From Trueperaceae bacterium (GTDB taxonomy: Bacteria > Deinococcota > Deinococci > Deinococcales > Trueperaceae), in NCBI GenBank assembly GCA_965213705.1, contig OZ243913.1, forward strand, positions 3,168,001 to 3,232,000: 64,000 nucleotides of DNA, in the 5' to 3' direction. The notes beneath the pieces are model-generated. The model had not been told where the DNA came from. It saw only the letters and a list, made by a program, of their open reading frames with translations, and did not search any database. The translations under genes and the position numbers were made by a program. Every line of letters begins with the position of its first letter. The stretch's first letter is position 1. This document shows positions 40,013-49,424 of the stretch, piece by piece.

Positions 40013-40938
40013 TCCTCGGCCGCGACCAGCTGCCGGCTTTTCCGCCGCGCCGCTTTGCCCTGCTGCTCGGCAAAACGCTCTTCCAAATCTTTGATAATAG
40101 CCTCGGCGACGTTCACGCCGGTCGTTTTCTCGATGCCTTCCAAGCCCGGCGAAGAGTTGACCTCCATCACCACGGGTCCGTCTTTGCCGCGGAGCATGTC
40201 CACACCCGCGACTTCCAAACCCATCGTTTTGGCGGCTTGGACAGCGGTGGCGCGCTCGGCCGGGCTGATTTTGACTTTTTCAGCCTTGCCGCCCTGGTGC
40301 AGGTTCGAGCGAAATTCGCCCTCGGCGGCGCGGCGCATCATCGCAGCGATGACCCGGCCGCCCACCACGAAGGCGCGGATGTCGGCTCCCTTGGCTTCTT
40401 TGACGAACTGCTGCACGAGGATGTTGGCGTCGAGTTGCCGGAACGCGCCGATGACCGACTCGGCGGCTTTTTGCGTTTCGGCAAGCACCACGCCGACGCC
40501 TTGCGTGCCTTCTAAGAGTTTGACCACCAGCGGCGCGCCGCCCACGATGTCGACGACGCCGCCGATGTCCTTGGTCGAGTGCGCGAAGCTCGTCACCGGC
40601 AAGCCCACGCCCGCCCGCGCCAACAGTTGCAAGGAGCGCAGCTTGTCGCGGCTGCGCGTGATGGCTTGCGACTCGTTGGCGCTGAGCACGTTCATCACCT
40701 CGAACTGGCGCACTACGGCGGTGCCGTAGTAGGTATAGCTCGCGCCGATGCGCGGGATAATCGCGTCGAACTCAAGTTCCTCGCCTACGAAGATAACCTT
40801 GGGGTGTTTCGAGGTGATGTTCATGTAGCAGCGCAGGTAGTCGATGACCCGCACTTCGTGGCCGCGCGCTTCGGCGGCCTCACACAAACGGCGAGTAGAA
40901 TAAAGTGACTTGTTTCTCGACAAAATACCTAGTTTCAC
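40009..40938 (-). CDS. rimK: RimK-family ATP-grasp glutamate ligase
   Basis: [51 protein letters not shown] start coupled to the upstream gene. Confidence 0.93.
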   Translation of the reverse strand: MKLGILSRNKSLYSTRRLCEAAEARGHEVRVIDYLRCYMNITSKHPKVIFVGEELEFDAIIPRIGASYTYYGTAVVRQFEVMNVLSANESQAITRSRDKLRSLQLLARAGVGLPVTSFAHSTKDIGGVVDIVGGAPLVVKLLEGTQGVGVVLAETQKAAESVIGAFRQLDANILVQQFVKEAKGADIRAFVVGGRVIAAMMRRAAEGEFRSNLHQGGKAEKVKISPAERATAVQAAKTMGLEVAGVDMLRGKDGPVVMEVNSSPGLEGIEKTTGVNVAEAIIKDLEERFAEQQGKAARRKSRQLVAAEE

Positions 40939-41414
40939 AAGTTTCCTTTCTTTTTGGACGGCTTTGAGAGCAGTGTTTTTTTGGGTGGCGCCGAGGTGAG
41001 AAACGACCTGCTCACGTCGACCAGCACGTGCGCGCGGAGCGCCTGCCGCCCCAACAGCATCGGAAAGTTCATCTCGTCGCGGCGCGTCAGGGTGAGTTCG
41101 ATAGGCCATCGTTGTGCGGAAAGTTCGACCACCGTAACGATGACTGGCCGCCGCTCCACGCGCCCGTTCGAGCTTCTGACGCGCCGCCACTCCACAACGG
41201 GCACGTCCACGTCGACCCGCGCTTTGCGCTCGCCCCCCGCCGGAACGACGAAGCGCACCCGCTCACGACCGTCTTCGGCCCGGTACACCTTGAGCTTTAC
41301 CGCGTGCAGCGCCGAGGTACGCGCACCTGTATCCACCTTGACCTTGATGCGGCTCACGCCTATTTCGGGCAGCGCCAGGTATTCGCGCCAGCCGATGACG
41401 GGGAGGTTTGCCAT
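40935..41414 (-). CDS. RimK-associated retropepsin-like protease (RimB / 'ATP-dependent zinc protease' family)
   Basis: [23 protein letters not shown]...RP, LT.R..M.FPMLLGR. Confidence 0.9.
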   Translation of the reverse strand: MANLPVIGWREYLALPEIGVSRIKVKVDTGARTSALHAVKLKVYRAEDGRERVRFVVPAGGERKARVDVDVPVVEWRRVRSSNGRVERRPVIVTVVELSAQRWPIELTLTRRDEMNFPMLLGRQALRAHVLVDVSRSFLTSAPPKKTLLSKPSKKKGNL

Positions 41415-41819
41415 TGCCAGAGCCTATCACGGAGCCAAACTAAAAGGAGAAAAGCACGCGGCGGCCTCACCGAACAAAAACGCAGTTCGCCTCATCTGAG
41501 CTGACTCGGTGCTTTGTCGAGACAGGTCTTACTATTTTGCCGTTGGAAAGTTTGTCCTGATAAACGCGCTCGCACCGCGCGGCCTAAAGCGCGTCGCGTT
41601 GTAAGTCCAGGTTTTGGTCGTCCGTCGACACCCGAGCGTAACCGGTGAGCCTGGTTTTTCCTCCAACCTTCTCGAAACTCGTCTCGAGGCCGTCCCCTTG
41701 AGAAATATAAAGCGAGAGGCGTTTGGATGGGTTTTTCCGAGGTGAGCGCAGCCTTCTCAAAAACCACCGGATTCGGAAAGGGATTGGGGGGAACTATGGG
41801 CTTGTTATGTAAATTATTT

Positions 41820-41918
41820 TAAGTACCTCCAGGGTGACTTTGCAGGAGCAAAGTCACCCGAGTGGAGCGAGTACGGATAGACCGACTAAGCATTCTGCAA
41901 ATCCACCCTGGATTAGCT
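41820..41918 (+). repeat. ~100-bp dispersed palindromic repeat (MITE/REPIN-like), copy 1
   Basis: Near-identical reverse-complement copy at 51743-51841; internal 12-bp hairpin plus terminal inverted repeats. Confidence 0.85.
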
Positions 41919-41988
41919 TAGTGTCTTTTGAAAGGGTTGCCGATGTTTTCAAACCGTCCGTTTGTGTAGCGTTTTCCGGTTTGTCGGC

Positions 41989-42654
41989 TCACAAAACGTG
42001 GCTGCCGTGGCCCCTCGAGCCCACACCCTCGAGCGTCAGCGTCAGCGCCTTGCGCAGTTCGTCGTGGATGGACAAGTCCTGCCGGTAAGTCGCCCACTGC
42101 AGGGCCGTCAAAAAAAAGGTGTTGGCGACGGTGCGCGCCAAGCGTTCGCGCGAAAAGTCGCTGCGAACCAGGCCCGAGTCCCGAGCTTCTGTAAGGTACC
42201 TGTAGAGCAGCGGCACGAGCGGCAGCGCGACGTAAGCTTCTTTGGAGCGCACCGGGTCGGGGTTGAGCAGTTCGTAACTCAGCGGCAGCACGAGGTGACG
42301 GTTTGCCTCGACAAAACAAGCCAGCTCGTCAAAAATCGCGTAGAGCTTCAGAAGCGGGGTCGTTTGCTGCGACACCTGCGCACGCCGTTCCAAGTCGGCG
42401 AGTTCCTGCGCCAGATGCTCGGTCAAAATCGCTTCTTTGTAAGGATAGTAGTTGAACACCGTACCCCGGGACACGTCGGCGGCTCTGGCGATGTCGACGA
42501 CGGTCGTTTCATGAAAGCCTTTGTCCCGAAACAGGTGCATAGCTGCCTCAAAAATGCGTCGCCGCCGGTCACGTTTTTGCCGTTCACGCACGCTCAGGTC
42601 GGGCGCGGTCACCTTTTTGGAGGTTTTGGGGGTCGTCTTGGGCAGCGTGCTCAC
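41989..42654 (-). CDS. TetR-family transcriptional regulator
   Basis: RERQK..RR..I..AA..LF..KGF..TT..DIA..ADVSRGTVFNYYP.KE. Confidence 0.92.
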   Translation of the reverse strand: MSTLPKTTPKTSKKVTAPDLSVRERQKRDRRRRIFEAAMHLFRDKGFHETTVVDIARAADVSRGTVFNYYPYKEAILTEHLAQELADLERRAQVSQQTTPLLKLYAIFDELACFVEANRHLVLPLSYELLNPDPVRSKEAYVALPLVPLLYRYLTEARDSGLVRSDFSRERLARTVANTFFLTALQWATYRQDLSIHDELRKALTLTLEGVGSRGHGSHVL

Positions 42655-42707
42655 AAACGCCAGTCTAACGTGAGGCGGGCGTCGAGCACAAAAAAGAGTC
42701 ACCCTGA

Positions 42708-42776
42708 CCTTGGGGCTACTACCAGGTCAACCTCGGGGTCACTACCAGGTCAACCTTGGGGCTACCACCGGGTCGG
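42708..42776. repeat. Three tandem imperfect 23-bp repeats
   Basis: ccttggggctactaccaggtcaa / cctcggggtcactaccaggtcaa / ccttggggctaccaccgggtcgg. Confidence 0.85.
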
Positions 42777-42792
42777 CTTCCGTCTCCCTTTA

Positions 42793-42863
42793 TCGCTGCG
42801 AAAGGGCGGAAGCGCTGAGGCAACCTCACGCTCGAGACTGCCACGCTTCACTCGCAAGGACGA
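42793..42863. repeat. REP-like palindromic intergenic element, copy B
   Basis: tcgctgcga...gaggcaacctcacgctcgagactgccacgcttcactcgcaaggacga; similar to 9264-9381 on the opposite strand. Confidence 0.55.
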
Positions 42864-42916
42864 ACCGCTTTGCGCAGCTCAACCCCTTCGCGCTCGCCCT
42901 GTCCCCGACTTTCAAG

Positions 42917-42939
42917 AAAAAAGCCGCCCGGAGGCGGCT
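42917..42939 (-). terminator. Intrinsic terminator of infC-rpmI-rplT
   Basis: agccgcc-cgga-ggcggct hairpin with an A run on + (U tract on the minus-strand transcript). Confidence 0.7.
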
Positions 42940-42958
42940 CCTAAAGAACTATTTGAGG

Positions 42959-43315
42959 TTAAGCTCGAGCCGACTTAGAAACTTCGACGAGACTCTTAAA
43001 GGCCTCGGGTTGTTGAACGGCTAAGTCGGCGAGAATTTTGCGGTTGATTTCTACACCCGAAGTGCGCAGGCCGCTGATAAAGGTCGAATAGCTCATGCCT
43101 TCCTGGCGCGCGGCGGCGTTGATGCGCGCTATCCAGAGTCGGCGAAAATCCGTTTTTTTGTCACGGCGGTCGCGGTACTCGTAGTCGGCGGCGTTGAGGA
43201 GCGTCTGCTGCGCGATGCGAAAGCTGCGCGAGCGCAGGCCCCAAAAGCCCTTGGCACGCTTTAAAATTTTCTTGTGCTTGGCCCGGCGGACGGTGCTCGT
43301 CTTGGCGCGTGGCAT
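42959..43315 (-). CDS. rplT: 50S ribosomal protein L20
   Basis: [39 protein letters not shown]. Confidence 0.98.
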   Translation of the reverse strand: MPRAKTSTVRRAKHKKILKRAKGFWGLRSRSFRIAQQTLLNAADYEYRDRRDKKTDFRRLWIARINAAARQEGMSYSTFISGLRTSGVEINRKILADLAVQQPEAFKSLVEVSKSARA

Positions 43316-43318
43316 GGC

Positions 43319-43516
43319 TTAGTCGTAGGGCAGAAGCTTTTTGATGCGGTCAGCCTCTGCAGTTGCGATGATGAGGTCGGTTCGGCCCTGGCGGATGCGG
43401 CCGCCACTCTTTTTAGCGTTGAGGTGGCGTTTGCCACTGCGCATCGCCTTGACTTTACCTCGCCCAGTGATTTTGACACGGGCTTTGGTGCCCTTGTGGG
43501 TCTTTAACTTCGGCAT
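43319..43516 (-). CDS. rpmI: 50S ribosomal protein L35
   Basis: MPKLKTHKG...R.KITG.GK...H...KKS; lies between infC and rplT. Confidence 0.97.
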   Translation of the reverse strand: MPKLKTHKGTKARVKITGRGKVKAMRSGKRHLNAKKSGGRIRQGRTDLIIATAEADRIKKLLPYD

Positions 43517-43620
43517 TTCTGACTCCTTGTGGCACGTCCGTGCCGAACTTGTTCTTGCGCCCCGGCCTGTTCTGCGGGCGGAGCTATAGCGGTTGCCACG
43601 GTCTAAGCAGTCGGACGGCT

Positions 43621-44127
43621 TTAAGCGGGTCTCAGCACCATGTTCATGTCCATCCCGGCCAGGGTCGGCGCCATGTCGACGACGGCTAGCTCCGTCGTTT
43701 CCTTGGCGACGCGGTTGAGCAGTTCTTGCCCCAACTCGGGGTGGGTGCGTTCACGACCGCGGAACATGATAACCACGCGCACCTTGTGACCACCCTCTAA
43801 AAAGCGGCGGATGTGCTTGACTTTTGTCTGGTAGTCGTGCTCCTCGATTTTGACGCGGAACTTGATGGCTTTCATCTCCTGCTGGCGGGACCGCTTACGG
43901 GCTTCTTTTTCTTGCTGTTGCAGCTCGTAACGGTATTTGCCGTAGTCCAGCAATTTGGCTACCGGCGGATTGGCCGCTTCACCCACCAAGACCAAGTCCA
44001 GCTCCTCGTCTCGAGCGCGCTGTAAAGCGTCTCTCGTGTCGACGATTCCGACTTGCTCACCGTCTCCGGCAATCAGGCGCACCTGCCTCATCCGAATCTG
44101 CTCGTTAACCTTCAGCTCTTTCGCTAT
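43621..44127 (-). CDS. infC: Translation initiation factor IF-3 (probable ATA start)
   Basis: NEQIR, VRLI, DLVLV, PPVAKLLDYGKYRYE, FRGRE; GGAGGTG RBS 6 nt before an in-frame ATA. Confidence 0.96.
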   Translation of the reverse strand: MAKELKVNEQIRMRQVRLIAGDGEQVGIVDTRDALQRARDEELDLVLVGEAANPPVAKLLDYGKYRYELQQQEKEARKRSRQQEMKAIKFRVKIEEHDYQTKVKHIRRFLEGGHKVRVVIMFRGRERTHPELGQELLNRVAKETTELAVVDMAPTLAGMDMNMVLRPA

Positions 44128-44702
44128 AGACTTCACCTCCAAAGTGCAGTGCCGCAGGGCACACAGCTAGGTAGTCTAGCAAAAAAAGTATACACAATCA
44201 AAGACCACAACACACAGAAGCCTCGCAAAATGCCTTTCGGACAAAATTTTTACACCGTCCAATGCCAAGTCTAATGCCAAAGCGCCTCAGTTCCGGTGTA
44301 ACTTTTTCGCTGCAGCCAAAAAGTCTGTCGAAGCTGTGTTTTTTTTGCTCACACGCTGCCGCACTATCGCTCCGCAGCAGTTCAACTCTTTCTGGAGCGT
44401 CCGCGCTTCTGCCTGCCGCAAAGTCGCGGCTCACAACCTCAGCCATTTTTTCTTCGGATAATCGTTCAGTAACCGTTCAACAACCGCGGTTGATATGAAC
44501 ATGGCTAGCGGGACAAACTCTACGTGTGTCCTCACATCAACGTCCTCTTCTGGCAATTCACCTTACCGCTTTGGCGTCAAACCCACTTACAGTTTGCAAC
44601 GCCCTTTAGTCGACCCCCAACTCCATCTTTTGTGTGGTTTGTGCCGGAAACGGATTTGCTAAGCTGAGCCTGCAACAAAGACTAGGTGGGACGAAAGGGA
44701 AG

Positions 44703-46532
44703 ATGATGAGGAGACGGAGTTTTTGGACGTTTGCGTTGGCAGCATTTTTGTTGGCGGCGTGCTCGAGGACGCCGGTGGAGACGGTAGACCCACTCAAACC
44801 GTTTACCGAACAAGAGGTGTCCTGGGGAAGCTGTGACGCGCAGTTTTTCGATGACGAGCTGGAGTTTTTAGAGCCCATCGCAAACCGGCTCGAGTGCGCC
44901 ACGCTGCAAACGCCGCTGAGCTGGGAAAAGCCGGGGCTCGAGTCGGTCAATTTAGGCGTGCTGCGGGTGCGCGCCCCCAACCCGACAACGCGCAAGGGGG
45001 CTATTTTTCTGAACCCCGGCGGACCGGGTGGGGACGGGCTCTTCCTGGCCGCCCTCTTCGGCTTCATTTTCGATTCGGCGGAAAGGTCCGGTGACCCGTC
45101 CGGCAAAGCTCTGAAAGCCCTCTCGGACAACTACGACATCCTCGGCTTTTCGCCGCGCGGCGTGGGGGAAAGTTTTAGACTCTACTGCGGCACCAACAAG
45201 CTGTTTCCTGCAGGGGTGAGCTTTTACGACACGTCCGAAGAGAACCTGAACGACCTCCTTTTGGGCTCGAGCTACGTCGCCGACGCGTGTGAAGCCAACC
45301 CCCTGACCAAGTACGTCGACACGGAGCAAACCGTGCGCGACATGGACCTGATTCGAGGACTGCTCGGCGACGAAAAGCTGAACTACTTGGGCTACTCCTA
45401 CGGCTCGTGGCTCGGTGCTTGGTACGCCAAGACGTTTCCCGAGCACAGCGGCAACATCGTCCTGGACGCCAACACGGAATTCTCGGCGACGTTCAAAGAC
45501 GTGTTCGAGTTGCAGCCGCTCGGCTTCAACCGCGCTTTTAAAGACGTGGCCCTCGCCTACGCGGCAAGGAACAGCAGTACGTACAACCTCGGCGCGACCA
45601 AAGAGGAAATTTTCAACGTTTTCCTGGCGCTTCCGGACAGGATCAGGGAGGCTTTCACCTTCGGTTTCAGCGGCGTCGCCGGTGACCTGTATTCGTCGTT
45701 TGCCGTGCCGGAGGTAGGCTTCAAGCTCGTGGCGGCGAGGGGCGTTGCGGAGGTGTTGACAACCCTCGAGGCAGACCCCGATTTGGGCGTTTTGCTGGAC
45801 GCGGTACAGGCTTATACCTACTCGGACAACCCGGAGATAAACGCGCGAGTGGCGAGCTACGCCTCCGACATCGCTTTTTACTATTACATTACCCTCGAGG
45901 CTTACCCAGGTTTCATCGAACTGCCGTCCTCGAGCGCCCTGTTCCAGGCCATCACCTGCAACGACACGCCTTGGCCGAACGACCCGGCCGTTTACAAAGC
46001 GTCGGCGCGCGAGTCGGCCGCAGCTTATCCTCTTTTCGGAGTCGAGCTGGCGCAGCAACCGTGCGCGTTCTGGTCGGGGCCGACGACGACCAAACCCGAC
46101 GTGCCGGCAAACATGCCCCCCGTGCTCATGGTACAGACCGGCTTCGACGCGGCGACGCCCGCCGAGGGTGCGTTGCGCGCCTTCGACTCGCTGCCAAACG
46201 CACACCTTGTGTTTATCAAAAACGAGATGTCGCACACAGCTTTCCCGTACGGCGAGCCTTGCGTGGACGAGAAAGTGGCGAACTACCTGCTCACGGGCGA
46301 ACTGCCGAGCGAGCCCGTCTCCAACTGTGAAGCGCGACCCCTGCCCGGCGAAACCCAGGTCTACCCGCCCGAAGGTGGTCCGAGCCCGCAAGCGGTGGGC
46401 AGCTTTTCGCTTCAAGCCGCCCTCCACCCCACCTCCGGCAACCCGCTCTACGACCAGGTTCACGAGTTGATTCGCGAGAACGCCGCCGACTTCTACGGCC
46501 ACAGCTTGCGGGACGAGCGTGAACAGCGGTAG
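44703..46532 (+). CDS. Lipoprotein alpha/beta hydrolase (TAP-like tripeptidyl aminopeptidase, S33)
   Basis: Lipobox LAAC, NPGGPGG, PRGVG.S, GYSYG nucleophile, D.ATP, H. Confidence 0.9.
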   Translation: MMRRRSFWTFALAAFLLAACSRTPVETVDPLKPFTEQEVSWGSCDAQFFDDELEFLEPIANRLECATLQTPLSWEKPGLESVNLGVLRVRAPNPTTRKGAIFLNPGGPGGDGLFLAALFGFIFDSAERSGDPSGKALKALSDNYDILGFSPRGVGESFRLYCGTNKLFPAGVSFYDTSEENLNDLLLGSSYVADACEANPLTKYVDTEQTVRDMDLIRGLLGDEKLNYLGYSYGSWLGAWYAKTFPEHSGNIVLDANTEFSATFKDVFELQPLGFNRAFKDVALAYAARNSSTYNLGATKEEIFNVFLALPDRIREAFTFGFSGVAGDLYSSFAVPEVGFKLVAARGVAEVLTTLEADPDLGVLLDAVQAYTYSDNPEINARVASYASDIAFYYYITLEAYPGFIELPSSSALFQAITCNDTPWPNDPAVYKASARESAAAYPLFGVELAQQPCAFWSGPTTTKPDVPANMPPVLMVQTGFDAATPAEGALRAFDSLPNAHLVFIKNEMSHTAFPYGEPCVDEKVANYLLTGELPSEPVSNCEARPLPGETQVYPPEGGPSPQAVGSFSLQAALHPTSGNPLYDQVHELIRENAADFYGHSLRDEREQR

Positions 46533-47112
46533 GCAAGAAACCCGTGGCCCGCTCGGCAAGTCTAGGCTTGTCGGCGGGCTCATCCTTGCTTGTGTGGTGG
46601 CGAGCGGTTGTAGTCCCCGGACGGGACCCCGCGAGCCCCCGTCCCCTGTCGTGACAGTTTCTGAAAATTCTGCAACGCCTGCGCTTTTGGGCTACGCGCT
46701 AACCGTGCCGGGTGTCGAAGCTAGAATTGCGGTCGATGAAGGGTTCTTGCGCGGCGACCTCACCCCTTTTGAGAGTGCGGAGGGCGGGACGCTGCGCCTG
46801 GTCGGGCAACCGCTCGAGTGGCGACCTATGGGCGCACCTCCTTATCTTGTCCTCGGGCTCGAGCTTGCTGAAATCGCTCGAGCGCCCACGCTCTACCTCG
46901 TCCTGCTGGAACGTCGGGACGCGAGTTTTGTGGAGCGCGGGGTCGAACGCCTCGGCGAAAATCTTTTTCTGGTCAGCGTCACGCCCACAGCCGATACTTT
47001 GGAGGTGCGTGCCCTGGACGCGCGTCTGGGCCGCCTGCCTGCAAAGCGAGGGTTGGGCGGCTACTTCTACCTTTTCAAACTCACCGACGGTTCACTGCAA
47101 AGGCTCAGGTAG
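46519..47112 (+). CDS. Hypothetical lipoprotein
   Basis: Signal-like N-terminus with ASGC lipobox; overlaps the upstream stop. Confidence 0.55.
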   Translation: MNSGRQETRGPLGKSRLVGGLILACVVASGCSPRTGPREPPSPVVTVSENSATPALLGYALTVPGVEARIAVDEGFLRGDLTPFESAEGGTLRLVGQPLEWRPMGAPPYLVLGLELAEIARAPTLYLVLLERRDASFVERGVERLGENLFLVSVTPTADTLEVRALDARLGRLPAKRGLGGYFYLFKLTDGSLQRLR

Positions 47113-47163
47113 ATAGTAAAACGGAGAAAAAACTTCCAGTTCCTAGTCTCTCCTGCTCCGCCC

Positions 47164-47850
47164 TCAAACTTCCACCACACGCCGCGCTTTGTCCAGCACC
47201 GCGCCGAACATCTCCGGGGTCAGCGTGCCGGTGTTGGTGTTCTGAAAACTGACGTGGTAGCTGTCGAGCATGGGTAAGGCGTTGTCAAAGGTGTGCAGTT
47301 TGCCGTGTTCGAAGCGGGTGCGACTTTTGACGACGGCGTGCCCTCGAGCCTTCAAAAACTCTAAGTAGCTGTCGTGCGCGATTGCGCCCAAAGCCAAGAC
47401 GAGCCGGAGGTTCGGCAAGCTTGTCAGGTCGTGCTCGAGCCAGGTTTGGCAGTTGGCGACTTCACCGCGCGTGGGCTTGTTGCCCGGCGGGGCGCAGCGA
47501 CAAGCGGCGCTTATCCACAGGTCGCGCAGCTCTAAGCCGTCGCCGGGGCCGCTCGAGACGGGTTTGTTCGCAAACCCCGCGCGGTGCAGTGCCGGAAACA
47601 AAAACGCGCCACTGGCGTCGCCGGTGAACATGCGCCCGGTGCGGTTCGAGCCGTGCGCGCCGGGCGCTAAGCCGAGCAGAAAAACAGAAGCGTTGGTGTC
47701 ACCGAAGCCGGGTACGGGTTTGCCCCAGTAAGCGGCGTCTTTGTAAACGCGGCGCACCATGCGCTCCTTGCGCGCGATAGCCCGGCGGTGTTCGGCCAGG
47801 CGCGGGCAGCGGGTACAGGTCTCGAGCTTAGGCGGGTACGGGTCGAACAT
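47164..47850 (-). CDS. Uracil-DNA glycosylase, family 5 (UdgB-like)
   Basis: C..CPRL, PVPGFGD, GLAPGAHG.NRTGRMFTGD.SG, RCAPP.NKP, YH.S..NT.TG. Confidence 0.92.
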   Translation of the reverse strand: MFDPYPPKLETCTRCPRLAEHRRAIARKERMVRRVYKDAAYWGKPVPGFGDTNASVFLLGLAPGAHGSNRTGRMFTGDASGAFLFPALHRAGFANKPVSSGPGDGLELRDLWISAACRCAPPGNKPTRGEVANCQTWLEHDLTSLPNLRLVLALGAIAHDSYLEFLKARGHAVVKSRTRFEHGKLHTFDNALPMLDSYHVSFQNTNTGTLTPEMFGAVLDKARRVVEV

Positions 47851-47855
47851 AGGGG

Positions 47856-49079
47856 TCAGGCGGGCGCTAAACGCCGCTGCACCGCGTCGCGGATACGCTC
47901 CAAGGCCGCGGCAACGATGTGGCGTGAGGTCGCAAAGTTCAGCCGCACGAAACCCTCGCCGCCGGGTCCGAACCACGCGCCGTCGTTGAGGGCGACCCCG
48001 GCCTCCTCCAACAAAAACGCCTCGGGATTTTCCAGGCCCAAGCCGCGAAAGTCCAACCAGGCCAGGTAAGTGCCCTCGGGCGCGGTGTGCTCGACAAGGG
48101 GAAGTTCGCGTTTGACGAACTCAGCAACGTAGTCACGGTTGGCTTTTAAATAACCGAGGGTCTGTTGCAGCCACGCGTCAGCCTCGGTGTAGGCGGCTAT
48201 CGTCGCGCTTTGCGCAACGACGTCGGGCGCGCCGACCAGCCCGAAGGCGACGTTTTTCACCCGTTCCAGCAAGGCCTCGTTTTGGCTCACCAGAAAACCG
48301 ATTTTGAGACCCGCGACGTTGAACGTTTTCGTCGGACCCAGCAGCGTGATGGTCCGTTGGGCGACGTCGTCACCCAACGACGCGAAAGGGACGTGAAGGC
48401 CTTCGTAGACGAGGTCGCTATGAAGTTCGTCGGAGACGACCCAGAGCCGGTGCTTTAGCGCGAACTCGGCCAAGCGCTCCAGCTCGTGCCGGGTAAACAC
48501 GCGCCCGGTCGGGTTCTGCGGGTTGCAGAGCATAAACACCCGCGTGGCTGGCGTGACGAGCGTTTCCAGCGCTTCGAAGTCGATGCGCCAGTGTGCACCG
48601 TCGTGAACGAAAGGGTTGTAAACGGGAACCCGTCCGGTCTTTTCCACCGCCATGCGGAAGGGGCCGTAGATGGGCGACTGCATGATGACCTCGTCGCCCT
48701 CGCTCGAGCCTGCCAACACGCCCAAAAACAAACCTGTCACGATACTGTTGAGCAGGTGAATGTGACCCGGTGCCACGTTCCAACCGTAACGCCCGCTCAG
48801 GCGCGCGACCACGGCCTCTTTTAGACCTGGCAACCCCTCGGCGTCCGGATAGCCAAAGTTGTTCGTCCCGACGTAAGCGCTGACAGCCGCCTTGATGGGG
48901 TCCGCAACCGGAAAGTCCATGTCCGCGACCCACAGAGGCAACACGTCGGCACCGTATTTTTGCCACTTGGCACAGTCTTTTTGCCGCAAGTCCTCCACGC
49001 TCAGCGCGTCGTAGGAGGTGTCTGCCGGGGCTGTGTCTTTGGAAACCGTTTCTGTCGTGTCCATTTTTGTAGTAGCCAT
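47856..49079 (-). CDS. MalY/PatB-family PLP-dependent C-S lyase
   Basis: PLWVADMDF, LCNPQNPTGRV, SDELH, KTFN.AGL, EGTYLAWLDF, RLNFAT. Confidence 0.93.
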   Translation of the reverse strand: MATTKMDTTETVSKDTAPADTSYDALSVEDLRQKDCAKWQKYGADVLPLWVADMDFPVADPIKAAVSAYVGTNNFGYPDAEGLPGLKEAVVARLSGRYGWNVAPGHIHLLNSIVTGLFLGVLAGSSEGDEVIMQSPIYGPFRMAVEKTGRVPVYNPFVHDGAHWRIDFEALETLVTPATRVFMLCNPQNPTGRVFTRHELERLAEFALKHRLWVVSDELHSDLVYEGLHVPFASLGDDVAQRTITLLGPTKTFNVAGLKIGFLVSQNEALLERVKNVAFGLVGAPDVVAQSATIAAYTEADAWLQQTLGYLKANRDYVAEFVKRELPLVEHTAPEGTYLAWLDFRGLGLENPEAFLLEEAGVALNDGAWFGPGGEGFVRLNFATSRHIVAAALERIRDAVQRRLAPA

Positions 49080-49142
49080 AGGACGAGTGTACCGCAGCGC
49101 CGGGGGCGGGCTTGCTATACTGGCCCAAGTTGAAGGAGACGC

Positions 49143-49418
49143 ATGAACGACGTTTTGATAACTCTGGTCGACTGGCGCGCGATGGAGATTTTGTTCGTGC
49201 TGGCGGTTGTACTCGTCTTAGTCGACTACTTTTTCCCGGTGGACTACCCGGCCTACTTCGGCTACTTTTGTTTTGCCGCGGGCATGTTTTTCGCGGTGCC
49301 GTTCGGGGTCGTAACCAGCCTGCTCGTCGCGCTCGGGATTTGGATAGTCTTGCTCGTTTTGCACCGCGTGCTGTTCACCCGGTTCTTAACGAACGCGCCC
49401 GGCGCGCAGCGGTCGTAG
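49143..49418 (+). CDS. Small membrane protein (NfeD N-terminus-like)
   Basis: 91-aa hydrophobic ORF with AAGGAG RBS. Confidence 0.6.
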   Translation: MNDVLITLVDWRAMEILFVLAVVLVLVDYFFPVDYPAYFGYFCFAAGMFFAVPFGVVTSLLVALGIWIVLLVLHRVLFTRFLTNAPGAQRS

Positions 49419-49424
49419 CTCGAG

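Noticed and set aside
41492..41767. 91-aa minus-strand ORF in the intergenic gap
   Set aside because: No RBS, atypical composition and no recognisable motif.
42708..42776. Possible mini-CRISPR (23-bp repeats x3)
   Set aside because: The repeats abut with no spacers and there are no cas genes; it is a simple tandem repeat.
44198..44600. Small ORFs or ncRNA between infC and the TAP-like lipoprotein gene
   Set aside because: No convincing RBS, motif or terminator-bounded structure; likely promoter DNA.
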